Origin: Clostridiales bacterium UBA1206
GTDB lineage: Bacteria; Bacillota; Clostridia; Oscillospirales; CAG-382
Length of the DNA stretch: 64,000 nt
Assembly (NCBI GenBank): GCA_002310055.1
Contig: DBXS01000010.1
Location: 2,598 to 66,597 of the forward strand
Direction of reading: 5' to 3'
How positions within the stretch are numbered: the first letter of the stretch is position 1; each line of letters opens with the position of its first letter. The notes below the pieces were generated by a model. The model had not been told where the DNA came from. It ran no database searches and saw only the letters and a list, made by a program, of their open reading frames with translations. The position numbers and the translations under genes are program-made. Shown here piece after piece: positions 1-8,948 of the stretch.

Positions 1-912
1 CTTTACTATAAAGAATACGGTGAACCTATGCTTATGCGCGATTTTGCGGATATCTTTCCGCTGCTCGCGTGCGGACTTTTTGGCAGCGGCTCGGAATGTT
101 TCGGCTACGACGACGAAATATCGCGCGATCACGATCTTGAACCCGGGTTCTGCATCTTTCTGCCCGGCGAAGACGTGATAGACAGGCGCGCGGCGTTTTT
201 GCTGGAGCGCGCGTACGCGAAGCTGCCTTCGGAATATATGGGACTTTCCCGGCAGGCGTCTTCCCCCGTGGGCGGTGCGCGGCGCGGAGTGATGCGCACG
301 GCGGAATTCTTTGCCCAAAGGACAGGTTCGACGGACGGGATTCTCACCGATTTCGAGTGGCTTTCCCTGCCCGACCAGGCGCTTGCGGAATGCGTAAACG
401 GCGAACTGTTTTACGACGGGTACGGCGAAGTCGGCGCCATAAGAAAACGTCTCGCCTCGCAGCCCGCCGACGTGCGGCTGAAAAAGCTGGCGGGCGAGCT
501 GCTTCTGGCAGGCCAGAGCGGCCAGTACAACTTTATGCGCTGCGTAAAACACGGCGAACCCGGCGCCGCCGCGCTTGCGATAAGCGAATTCGCAAACCGT
601 ATTATGAAATGCTGTTTTCTTATAAACGGAAAATATATGCCGTTTTACAAGTGGAGTTTCCGCGCGCTGCGCGGGCTCGATATGCCTCAGGGACTTGCGG
701 CGGAGCTTGAAAAACTCGTATGCGGCGGCTTTGCGGGCGTGGAAGAAGCCGCGCGGGAGGCGGAAAAAATATCTGCCGCCCTTGCAGACGAACTGCGGCG
801 GCAGAATCTTGTAAAAAGCGATACGAATAATCTCGAGCAGCTCGCTTACGAAGTGAATGCTTCAATAGCGAGCGAAGCTGTGCGCAACGCGCACATCCTT
901 GCGGGGGCGTGA
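1..912 (+). CDS. DUF4037-like protein (nucleotidyltransferase-associated family), N-terminus outside the window
   Basis: The reading frame of ORF 28..912 stays open to base 1. The motif GSGSECFGYDDEISRDHD resembles DUF4037 proteins as I remember them. Confidence 0.55.
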   Translation, partial: LYYKEYGEPMLMRDFADIFPLLACGLFGSGSECFGYDDEISRDHDLEPGFCIFLPGEDVIDRRAAFLLERAYAKLPSEYMGLSRQASSPVGGARRGVMRTAEFFAQRTGSTDGILTDFEWLSLPDQALAECVNGELFYDGYGEVGAIRKRLASQPADVRLKKLAGELLLAGQSGQYNFMRCVKHGEPGAAALAISEFANRIMKCCFLINGKYMPFYKWSFRALRGLDMPQGLAAELEKLVCGGFAGVEEAAREAEKISAALADELRRQNLVKSDTNNLEQLAYEVNASIASEAVRNAHILAGA

Positions 913-916
913 CAGA

Positions 917-1576
917 TCATTCGATCTCCCACACCGCGCTCACGCTTTCTTCGATATCGATATCGTGCGGAGCGATGTCGGCGATGGAGCTCTTTGCGTT
1001 CATCATACGCGCGGCGACCGCGTCTTCGCGGAATTCCGTGCGCGAGACGAAGTTGTGCGAAACGCCGCTCTGTTCAACGCTCAGCACTTTCAAAAGCCCT
1101 ACTCCCATCGCTTTGGCGAGGGACGCGGCTTTTCTTTTTGCGTCTTCGGCGGCGAGCGAAAGCGCCGTATCGACCGCTTCTTCCTTGGATTCGAGCGCGA
1201 ACGAAATGTTGAGTCTCGCGTCGGCTCCGCTCTTTGCGGCGGCGGCGAGCACGTCGCGCAGCTTTTGGGTGTCGCATCCGAAGCTGAGCTGCATATTGTA
1301 ACGCACGCAGTAGCCGGCAAAAACGCTCTTGTAGTTGCCGTCCTTGTCGCGCACTGATTCATATTCGGTGGTGACGTTGAACGACGAAGTCTTAAGGTCG
1401 TTTTCTTCGAATCCGCATTTTACGACGGCGCTCTTCAGCTGCTCGACGGCGCGCGCCGAAAGCGAAAGCGCTTCTTCGTAATCCTTGCTGCGGCGTTCGA
1501 TATCGGCGAACAGCTGGATTGTATCGGGCGCGAACGAGCATTTCCCCGTTCCTCTTACGGCAATTGTCCTTGGCAT
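917..1576 (-). CDS. SIMPL/DUF541 family protein
   Basis: ORF 917..1615 trimmed to ATG 1576, which is preceded by AAGGAGG. It resembles the SIMPL (26-kDa periplasmic immunogenic protein-like) family overall. It overlaps the psuG 3' end by 22 nt. Confidence 0.65.
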   Translation of the reverse strand: MPRTIAVRGTGKCSFAPDTIQLFADIERRSKDYEEALSLSARAVEQLKSAVVKCGFEENDLKTSSFNVTTEYESVRDKDGNYKSVFAGYCVRYNMQLSFGCDTQKLRDVLAAAAKSGADARLNISFALESKEEAVDTALSLAAEDAKRKAASLAKAMGVGLLKVLSVEQSGVSHNFVSRTEFREDAVAARMMNAKSSIADIAPHDIDIEESVSAVWEIE

Positions 1577-2514
1577 TGTTGTTCCTCCTTTTTTATAAGC
1601 GCGCAGTATTCGCACGCGGTGCGCGCGGCGAGCCGCGCGTTGTTAAGCACGAGCTGTATGTTCGATTCCAGACTCAGTCCGCCCGTCAGTTCCTTGACCT
1701 TTGCGAGCAGGAACGGCGTGGTCTCTTTGCCCTTTATCCCCTTTGCGCGCGACTGGGCTATCGCTTCGTCGATAGCGGAATCGATGTATTCTTTATCCAT
1801 AGAATACTCTTCGGGTATGGGGTTGGCGACGAGCATACCGCCGCCCAAACACATCTTTTCGCCGCAGCGGAACGCGCGCGCGAGTTCTTCTTCGCTGTCC
1901 ACACGGTAGTCCACGCCGAAACCGCTCTTGCGCGTGTAGAACGCGGGCAGTTCGTTTGTCCCGTAGCCGATGACCGGCACGCCTCTGGTCTCCAGATATT
2001 CGAGCGTGAGCCCTAAGTCGAGTATGGATTTCGCCCCGGCGCAGACGACCATCACCGGCGTGCGCGCGAGTTCTTCCAGATCGGCGGAAATATCCATAGT
2101 CGTCTCGGCGCCGCGGTGAACGCCGCCTATGCCGCCGGTGGCGAATATCTTTATGCCCGCCATCGCGGCGATTATCATTGTCGAAGCGACCGTCGTCGCG
2201 CCGTCGCACGAGCGCGATATGAGAAACGCCAGGTCGCGCCGCGACGCTTTGGTTATCTGCGTCCCTTTTTTGCCCAAATATTCTATTTCATCGCGCGTGA
2301 GCCCCGCTTTGAGTTTGCCGCCGATTATCGCTATGGTAGCCGGAACCGCGCCGCATTCGCGCACCGCTCCTTCCACCGCCAGCGCGGTCTGCACGTTCTG
2401 CGGATAGGGCATCCCGTGGCTGATTATAGTAGATTCGAGCGCCACGACCGGTCTTCCCGCGGCGAGCGCGGAGGCAACTTCGGGCGAGACCGACAAATAT
2501 TCGTTGAATTCCAT
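1555..2514 (-). CDS. psuG: pseudouridine-5'-phosphate glycosidase
   Basis: Full-length similarity to the IndA/PsuG family (VALESTIISHGMPYP, FATGGIGGVHRG, VVCAGAKSILD). An SD sequence precedes ATG 2514. Confidence 0.9.
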   Translation of the reverse strand: MEFNEYLSVSPEVASALAAGRPVVALESTIISHGMPYPQNVQTALAVEGAVRECGAVPATIAIIGGKLKAGLTRDEIEYLGKKGTQITKASRRDLAFLISRSCDGATTVASTMIIAAMAGIKIFATGGIGGVHRGAETTMDISADLEELARTPVMVVCAGAKSILDLGLTLEYLETRGVPVIGYGTNELPAFYTRKSGFGVDYRVDSEEELARAFRCGEKMCLGGGMLVANPIPEEYSMDKEYIDSAIDEAIAQSRAKGIKGKETTPFLLAKVKELTGGLSLESNIQLVLNNARLAARTACEYCALIKKEEQQCQGQLP

Positions 2515-2599
2515 TGTTTTTTACTCCTTACGGATATATGATACCACAAAAAGCGGCGCGTGTAAAGCATAAAAACGTTAAACGCTGAAAATACCGTTA

Positions 2600-2628
2600 T
2601 TGACACGGTGCGGCGCGCATGCTATAAT
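2600..2628 (+). promoter_or_regulatory. sigma-A promoter, exact TTGACA-N17-TATAAT, for the nrnA-nrnA-surE operon
   Basis: TTGACA at 2600-2605, 17-nt spacer, TATAAT at 2623-2628, about 30 nt upstream of the start codon. Confidence 0.7.
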
Positions 2629-2657
2629 ATAAAAAATAATATTTTGGAGTGAAATAT

Positions 2658-3593
2658 ATGTTTGAAAAAGCCATTGAACTTATACAGAACTTCCATACCG
2701 TGATCATCCACCGCCATTCCAACCCCGACGGCGACGCCATAGGCGCACAGACCGGGCTTTGGTTTTTCATACGAGCCAACTTTCCCGAAAAGCAGGTCTT
2801 CTGCGTGGGCGACGACCCCAAGCGATATTCGTTTATGGAACATTCCGCGCCCGACAGCATACCCGACGTCATATATTCCGACGCGCTTGCGGTGATACTC
2901 GACTCCTCTTCCGCCGAGCTGATAAGCGACGTGCGCTGGAAGACCGCCAAAAGCACGCTGCGGATCGACCACCACGTAATGCTCGCGCAAATCGCGGAAT
3001 ATGAGATAGTCGACCCCGCGTACGAAAGCTGCTGCGGTATGATAGCCGATATGATCCGCGAAAGCGGACTCAAGCTCACGCCCGAATGCGCAAAAGCGCT
3101 CTACACCGGGCTCGTGACCGATTCGGGCAGGTTCCTGTACGACAGCACCACCTCCGCCACGTTCAAGCGCGCCGCGTATCTCACTTCGGCGGGATTCAGC
3201 TGCGAAAGCATATTCAAGAACCTCTATTCCAACGATTTCAAAAACCTGCGCGCGCGTGCGCAGTTCATACTCAACATAAAATTCACAATGCACAACGTGG
3301 CGTACGTATATACCACGCTCGAGGAATTCCCAACTTACGGGCTCGACGCCTTTTCGGTCTCGCGCGGGATGGTCAACACGATGTCCGACATCCGCGGCGT
3401 TGAGATCTGGGCGAACTTCACCGAGACCGAAAGCGGCATATGGTGCGAGATCCGCTCTTCGGGCAAAAACGTCTGCCCTGTCGCCGTGAAATACGGCGGC
3501 GGCGGTCACGCCAAGGCGTGCGGAGCCACGCTCCCCGACCGCGAGACGGCGATGAAGCTGCTCGCCGAGCTCGACGAAATGTGCGGAGAATGA
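2658..3593 (+). CDS. DHH/DHHA1 phosphoesterase, NrnA-like (paralog 1)
   Basis: Motifs HRHSNPDGDAIGA, RIDHH and GGGHAKACGA. ATG 2658 is preferred over GTG 2649 because GGAG lies 8 nt upstream. Confidence 0.85.
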   Translation: MFEKAIELIQNFHTVIIHRHSNPDGDAIGAQTGLWFFIRANFPEKQVFCVGDDPKRYSFMEHSAPDSIPDVIYSDALAVILDSSSAELISDVRWKTAKSTLRIDHHVMLAQIAEYEIVDPAYESCCGMIADMIRESGLKLTPECAKALYTGLVTDSGRFLYDSTTSATFKRAAYLTSAGFSCESIFKNLYSNDFKNLRARAQFILNIKFTMHNVAYVYTTLEEFPTYGLDAFSVSRGMVNTMSDIRGVEIWANFTETESGIWCEIRSSGKNVCPVAVKYGGGGHAKACGATLPDRETAMKLLAELDEMCGE

Positions 3594-3594
3594 T

Positions 3595-4575
3595 ATGAAA
3601 AACAAGAAGACGACCGATCTTATACTCGCCAAGATAAAAGAATACGATAAAATCGTCATTTCGCGCCATCTGCGCCCCGACGGCGACGCGCTGGGGTCTT
3701 CCAAAGGGCTCGCGGCGGCGCTGCGCGATACGTTCCCGAAAAAGCGCATTGTGCTCGCGAGCGAGGACGCAAGCGAAAACCTGGCGTTTCTGGGCCCCGA
3801 CGACGGTCAGCCCGACGACGCGTTCTATTCGGGCGCGCTGCTCATATGCCTCGACTGCGGCAACGTGGAACGGCTTTCCAACAAAAAGTACGCGCTCGCC
3901 AAAGAGATAATAAAGATCGACCACCACCCGAATATCCGCCCCTACGGCGACGTTATGTGGGTGGAACCCGCGCGCTCCTCGGTGTGCGAAATGATTGCCG
4001 ATTTCTGTATGCGGTACAAGAGCGATATCGTAACGACGCGCGACGCCGCGTATTTCCTTTACGCCGGGCTCGTGACCGATTCGGGCAGGTTCAAGTATTC
4101 GGTCGACGGCGACACGATGCGCGTCGCGGGGTTTTTGCTCGACAAAGGCATAAACACCGAACTGCTTTTCGCACATCTGAATCTTGACGATTTCTCGTGG
4201 CTCAAATACAAGTCGTTCGTTTACAAAAATATGAAGATAACCCCCAACGGCGCGGCGCACATACGCATAACGCGCAAAACGCGCGAAAAGTTCGCGCTCA
4301 CGTCCGAGCAGGCGAGCGAGACCGTATATATGATGGAATCCATCAAGGGCTGCCTGATCTGGCTCGCGTTTATCGACTACGAAGACGGCTCCACCCGGGT
4401 GCGGCTGAGATCGCGGTTCGTGCAGACCAACCGTATCGCCGAAAAATACGGCGGAGGCGGTCACGAATACGCCAGCGGCGCCACTCTGCGCGGCTCAAAA
4501 CAGATAAATTCTTTCCTCGCTGATTGCGACGCGCTGCTTTACGAATACAAATCCACTCACGAGGGCTGGATATGA
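3595..4575 (+). CDS. DHH/DHHA1 phosphoesterase, NrnA-like (paralog 2)
   Basis: Motifs SRHLRPDGDALGS, KIDHH and GGGHEYASGA. It starts 1 nt after the paralog 1 stop codon. Confidence 0.85.
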   Translation: MKNKKTTDLILAKIKEYDKIVISRHLRPDGDALGSSKGLAAALRDTFPKKRIVLASEDASENLAFLGPDDGQPDDAFYSGALLICLDCGNVERLSNKKYALAKEIIKIDHHPNIRPYGDVMWVEPARSSVCEMIADFCMRYKSDIVTTRDAAYFLYAGLVTDSGRFKYSVDGDTMRVAGFLLDKGINTELLFAHLNLDDFSWLKYKSFVYKNMKITPNGAAHIRITRKTREKFALTSEQASETVYMMESIKGCLIWLAFIDYEDGSTRVRLRSRFVQTNRIAEKYGGGGHEYASGATLRGSKQINSFLADCDALLYEYKSTHEGWI

Positions 4576-5282
4576 AGATACTTCTGACCAACGACGACGG
4601 GCTCAATTCCGAAGGGCTCGCGGTCCTGCTTGAAAAAGCCGGGAACATAGGCGAGATCACCGTCGTGGCGCCGCTCGCCGAGCAAAGCTGCAAAAGCCAT
4701 GGAATAGAAGTGAAAAAGCCGTTTGCGGTGCAAAAATGCTCGCTCCCCGGAGCCGCGCGCGCCTACGCCGTGGATTCCACCCCCGCCGACTGCGTGCGGT
4801 TCGCAATAGAGGGCCTTGGCGAAAGTTTCGATCTGGTGCTTTCGGGCATCAACCGCGGCTATAATCTGGGCAAGGATATACTCTATTCCGGAACCGTCGG
4901 CGCGTGTTTCGAAGCTTCCGCTTTCGGCGTCAAGGCGGTAGCGGTCTCCACGTTCCCCGAATCGCCGCTGGTGGCTAAGTCGTATCTCAAAGAGCTGTAC
5001 GGGCTGTTCCGCGACCGCGAGCTTCTGAAGATCGCGGACGTGTTCAATATCAACGTGCCTGAAGAACCCAAAGGGATACTTTTCACGCGTCAGGGCGGGC
5101 CGTATTACCGCGACCGTTTCACCGATCTGGGCGACGGCACGTTCATACAGCGCGGTTACTGCGCTTACGAAAGCTCGGACGACCTTTCGTTCGACACCGA
5201 CGCCGTTATGAACGGATATATTTCGGTCACTCCCCTCACTACCGAGCGCACGGATTTAAAAGCATACGAAACGCTCAAATAA
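4572..5282 (+). CDS. surE: 5'/3'-nucleotidase SurE
   Basis: The N-terminal MKILLTNDDG signature and the SGINRGYNLG motif. ORF 4524 trimmed to ATG 4572, which forms an ATGA overlap with the upstream stop codon. Confidence 0.9.
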   Translation: MKILLTNDDGLNSEGLAVLLEKAGNIGEITVVAPLAEQSCKSHGIEVKKPFAVQKCSLPGAARAYAVDSTPADCVRFAIEGLGESFDLVLSGINRGYNLGKDILYSGTVGACFEASAFGVKAVAVSTFPESPLVAKSYLKELYGLFRDRELLKIADVFNINVPEEPKGILFTRQGGPYYRDRFTDLGDGTFIQRGYCAYESSDDLSFDTDAVMNGYISVTPLTTERTDLKAYETLK

Positions 5283-5297
5283 AAAATGACAGAAAAA

Positions 5298-5330
5298 GAC
5301 GGCTGCAAAACGCAGCCGTCTTTATTATTT
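5298..5330. terminator. bidirectional rho-independent terminator shared by two convergent operons
   Basis: Hairpin GACGGCTGC-aaaac-GCAGCCGTC flanked by an A-run upstream and a T-run downstream. Confidence 0.8.
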
Positions 5331-5341
5331 TTGCGGGTTCG

Positions 5342-7576
5342 TTATTTGGTGAACGTACAGCCGGAATCAAATTCGATGGTGCCCTGGAAATTCTTGAGCT
5401 TGCCGGAGACGGTTATGACGTCGCCCACGGCGAGGTTTTCGGCGCCTTCGCCTTTGAGGCGGTAGCACATAACGGATTTATCCGCCACTTTTATGGTAAC
5501 GGTGATATTGCCGTATTCTTCGCTGTACTCGGTGTTGATCTCGGTGATCTCGCCGGTGAGCGAATAGATGTTGCCGAGCGCAGTGCCGACTTCGAGCGCG
5601 AACGCGGCTTCGAGTATTTCGGCTTCGGTGGTGAGGACCGCTTCGCCTTCGCCCTTGGAGACCGTGACGAAAGTGGAATTTTCGACGAATTCTACGGTGC
5701 CTTTGTAGTTCTTTATGTCGCCGGTGACGGTGATGACGTCGCCCACGCCGACAGTCGCGGCGTCGTCGCCTTTGAGACGGAAGCATTGCAGAGTCTTATC
5801 GCCGACTTTTATATTGACGGTGACGTTATCGAACTGTTCGTTGTAAGGCGTGACCATGGCGGTAACTTCTCCCGTAAGGGTGACAGCGCTGCCAAGCGCC
5901 TCGCCGTCTGCGAGCGCGAACGCCCTTTCGAGTATCGCCGCCACGTCGCCGCTGACTTCGCCGCCGTGTTCGTTGTGGCCGCCGAGTACGAAGGTGCAGC
6001 CCTTGTCGAATTCGATGGTGCCGTTATAGTTCTTGAGCGTGCCGGTGACGGTGATGACGTCGCCGACGGCGAGGTTTTCGGCGCCTTCGCCGGTGAGACG
6101 GAAGCACTGAACGGTTTTATCCGCAACTTTGATGTTGACGGTCACGTTTTTGAATTCCTCGCTGTACTCGGTGGGGATCTCGGTTATCTCGCCCGTGAGG
6201 GTGTAGGAGCCTTCGAGCGACTTGCCGGCTTCGAGCGCGAAAGCTTTTTCGAGTATTTCGGCTTCGGTGAGCTCGTGAGCCACGAGTTTGATATCGAACG
6301 TAACCTCCTTGCTCGCGTCGCCGCACTTGAGCGAAGCGGTGACCTTGACTGCGGCGTCGGTATCGGGGAGCGTGATGATCATCTTGCCGTTTTCGAACCT
6401 GACGGCGTCGTTATCGGAGCTCCATTCTATGCTGACCTGTTCGTAGGATTTGCCGACCGCGGGGACTTCGATTTCGGCGGCGCTGTAGTATTCGTTCTTC
6501 AAGCTGAGGCTGCCCGCTTCGAATTCGAGCATTTCCTCATCGCTCTTGGAAGGAAGACTTACATATTCGAACGCGTCGACGCTCACGGGAGTGAGATAGA
6601 ACGCGCCGTTGTAAACGCAGATGACGCCGGTGGCGTTGGCGACCCAGCCGAAGTGGTCGGCGTGATCTTTCTTGAATTTTTCCTGGTCGTCCTTGGAGAT
6701 GGGGCAGGTGGAAGACGAGATGCGGATGTAGGATTCTTTATCGCCCAGTTTGAACTTGTAGTAACCGCTGCCGGCTTCTTCGCCGGTGATCTCCACGTTC
6801 TTGAGCGTGACGAGCATCGCCTGCTTTCCGGCAAGAGCCGCGTCGTCGAGCGCGGAAGCCGAGGCGTAGATCTCGGTATAATCGACGGGAACGACTTCTC
6901 TCTTGCCCGCGTCGAGTATCTCGACCGTGGCGGAAGTGATCTCGAGAGTGCCGTTATACAGCGATTTGACGCCGGAGACCGAAACGGTCATACCGACTTC
7001 AACTCCGTCGTCGGCGGCGGGATCGCTCGCCATTCCGTAAACGTAGAAGCCGCAGTCGTCGCCCTGGATGTACAGGCAGTTGGCGGTGTTGCCGAGCGAT
7101 TTTGCCATTATGCCGGTGACTATGCCTTTGACCGCGACCGCGTCATTTTCGGCGGCGGCGAGATAGCCTTCCCACGAAAGCATCTTGAATTCGGGGACCT
7201 TGCATTCGAGCGCAAGCTCGGAAGTGTTGCCGGCTTCGTCCTTGACGGCGCCCTTGAGGGTGTATTCGATATCGGTGACGGCTTTTTCGTCGACGTCTAC
7301 GGTGACTTTGCCTTCGCCTTTGACTACCTTTACGCCTTCGGGGTTGCCGGACTTGACGTCAACGGTCCAGTCGACGTCGTATTTGACGTCGTCGATGGTG
7401 ACGGAATCGACGAGGTCGAAATCGCCTGCCGTGACGGAAATGTTCTTGTACTTGGAAAACAGATACTCTTTTGCACGGGTGAGCGGATCGTCGGCTTTGT
7501 TATCGCCGCCGCCGCACGACACGAGCGCGACCGCGCAGAGCGCGACAGCGAGGATCAGCGCTAATAGTTTTTTCAT
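5342..7576 (-). CDS. surface lipoprotein with several OB-fold-like modules, including three C-terminal tandem repeats
   Basis: Signal peptide plus lipobox (LVS|CGG). Segments of the type VAVKGIVTG...YIQGDD.GFYVYG...VSGVKSLYNGTLEI resemble the OB folds that flank secreted nucleases. AAGAGGA precedes the ATG. Confidence 0.8.
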   Translation of the reverse strand: MKKLLALILAVALCAVALVSCGGGDNKADDPLTRAKEYLFSKYKNISVTAGDFDLVDSVTIDDVKYDVDWTVDVKSGNPEGVKVVKGEGKVTVDVDEKAVTDIEYTLKGAVKDEAGNTSELALECKVPEFKMLSWEGYLAAAENDAVAVKGIVTGIMAKSLGNTANCLYIQGDDCGFYVYGMASDPAADDGVEVGMTVSVSGVKSLYNGTLEITSATVEILDAGKREVVPVDYTEIYASASALDDAALAGKQAMLVTLKNVEITGEEAGSGYYKFKLGDKESYIRISSSTCPISKDDQEKFKKDHADHFGWVANATGVICVYNGAFYLTPVSVDAFEYVSLPSKSDEEMLEFEAGSLSLKNEYYSAAEIEVPAVGKSYEQVSIEWSSDNDAVRFENGKMIITLPDTDAAVKVTASLKCGDASKEVTFDIKLVAHELTEAEILEKAFALEAGKSLEGSYTLTGEITEIPTEYSEEFKNVTVNIKVADKTVQCFRLTGEGAENLAVGDVITVTGTLKNYNGTIEFDKGCTFVLGGHNEHGGEVSGDVAAILERAFALADGEALGSAVTLTGEVTAMVTPYNEQFDNVTVNIKVGDKTLQCFRLKGDDAATVGVGDVITVTGDIKNYKGTVEFVENSTFVTVSKGEGEAVLTTEAEILEAAFALEVGTALGNIYSLTGEITEINTEYSEEYGNITVTIKVADKSVMCYRLKGEGAENLAVGDVITVSGKLKNFQGTIEFDSGCTFTK
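5345..6268 (-). repeat. three tandem coding repeats (about 93 aa each, spaced about 105 aa apart) inside the lipoprotein gene
   Basis: The protein segments at about aa 437-529, 545-638 and 650-742 align by eye. Repeats 1 and 3 match at 71 of 93 positions. Confidence 0.9.
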
Positions 7577-7592
7577 TGGTCATTCCTCTTTC

Positions 7593-8930
7593 TTAATAAA
7601 ATGTGATATCCGAAAGCGCGAACACGCGCACCTGATAATTGCCGTTGAAATACGCCACCACGCCCTTTACGTCGATGGTCTTGCCTATCCACGACTTGCC
7701 GTCGATAAGCTTGCCGTCTTCGCCGTAAAACGGATTGGTGCGCACGGTGATGGTCTTGCCGCCGTATTCGACCGTGAGCGAAAGCGCGCCGTACGAAGAG
7801 CTGTCTTCGTTGGAGGTCATATACACGTCGGTGATACGCGCCTCGCGCAGTTCGACCGAGGTATCCATCGCCAGGAACGCGTAGTCGAATTCTTTTTCGC
7901 CTTTGTCTTCGCCGAGGTCGACAGTGACTTTGCCGCCCGCGAGCGTGGGCACCGAAACGGGCACGAACGCCGCCGCGTTGCCCTTGCTTATGAGCATTAT
8001 GTTGTTTGGATCGTCGGGTTTCATGGCGCGGTATGTGAGGCCGGAGACCTGATACGTCCCGCCGCCTTCGTAATACTGCACCGAGCCGACGATGCGCGAG
8101 CGGTTGCCGACTTCGAGTATATCGAGTCCGTCGCCGGTGAGCCCGAAGCCGTAATAGACGTAGATGCCGTAATAGCGGTCGGTCTCGGCGTCGTAATCTT
8201 CTATATACACGCCGTTGTTATAGTTTTTGGTTATGACGCCCTCGAACGAGACCTTTTTGCCGTTATATTCTTCTATATTGCAGCGGATCTCCTTGAGCGT
8301 GACGGGGATGGCTTCGCCGTACGGGAAATCGGGGTCTTTTTCGCCCGAATAGATATTGAGCTTTTCGCGCTTGGCCTGGGCTATGGCTTTGGTGCAGGTC
8401 TCACCGTAGCGGTTGTTCGCCGAAGACGAGGCGACCGCGAGCCCTTCCTGCAATATCTCTATATTCAGGTTGCGGTATTCCGATTGCGCGTCGGGCTTGT
8501 ACCAGATCCACACGAGATGTCTGCCGCCGGTGGAATCGAGGTTCCAGTTGGCATCGTCGGATTCGACGAGTATCTCGTACGCGGACGAAAGCTTGGATTT
8601 TGTGAAGTTGGAAGCTTTTTTGCCGTATTCTTCGATCTTGCCGGTGGATTCGGGGGTGTTGACCGCGAGATATCTCGCTTTGAGCACTCCGCTGTCGCTC
8701 ACGGACGAAGGCACGTTGAAATGCGTGGTGTCGCCGTCAATGAACATCTTGACCGTAACGACCTGCTTGAGCGTATCGGAATTCATATCCAGCGTCAAAG
8801 CGGCGTAGTCTTTGTGCTCGGTGTCTTCGGGCGCGGAATTTTCGGCGGGATCTTTGCGGCACGCCGCCAGGCACCCGAGCAGCAGCGCGAGCGCCAGCAG
8901 CAGCGAAAGGATCTTTAAAGTGTTTTTCAT
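7593..8930 (-). CDS. thermonuclease (staphylococcal nuclease, SNase) family lipoprotein with C-terminal OB-like domains
   Basis: Lipoprotein signal (LLLGC/LAAC). It aligns by eye to S. aureus nuclease A: FIDGDT, ARYLAVNTPES, YGKKASNFTKSKL, GGRHLVWIW, NIEILQEGLA, AQAKREKLNIYS. Confidence 0.9.
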   Translation of the reverse strand: MKNTLKILSLLLALALLLGCLAACRKDPAENSAPEDTEHKDYAALTLDMNSDTLKQVVTVKMFIDGDTTHFNVPSSVSDSGVLKARYLAVNTPESTGKIEEYGKKASNFTKSKLSSAYEILVESDDANWNLDSTGGRHLVWIWYKPDAQSEYRNLNIEILQEGLAVASSSANNRYGETCTKAIAQAKREKLNIYSGEKDPDFPYGEAIPVTLKEIRCNIEEYNGKKVSFEGVITKNYNNGVYIEDYDAETDRYYGIYVYYGFGLTGDGLDILEVGNRSRIVGSVQYYEGGGTYQVSGLTYRAMKPDDPNNIMLISKGNAAAFVPVSVPTLAGGKVTVDLGEDKGEKEFDYAFLAMDTSVELREARITDVYMTSNEDSSSYGALSLTVEYGGKTITVRTNPFYGEDGKLIDGKSWIGKTIDVKGVVAYFNGNYQVRVFALSDITFY

Positions 8931-8948
8931 AGCTTTGTTATTGCGTTA

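Noticed and set aside
5345-6268. A periodicity of about 300 nt that could be mistaken for a repeat array or CRISPR-like structure.
   Set aside because: The repeats are in-frame protein repeats within one ORF, far longer than CRISPR repeats and without unique spacers. No cas genes are present.
5786-7564. Very long ORFs antisense to well-supported genes, for example 5786..7564(+), 16020..17549(+), 19056..21257(+), 21396..23078(-), 29535..31247(+), 38422..39570(+), 40292..41638(-), 42913..44346(-), 45953..47098(+), 49410..50600(+), 55145..56059(+), 57632..58531(+) and 63191..63889(-).
   Set aside because: Each lies opposite a gene with clear family motifs. Their translations are Arg/Gly/Ala/Val/His-rich and low in complexity, with no recognisable motifs and no SD-linked starts. 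Stop-poor antisense frames are expected in GC-rich, codon-biased DNA.
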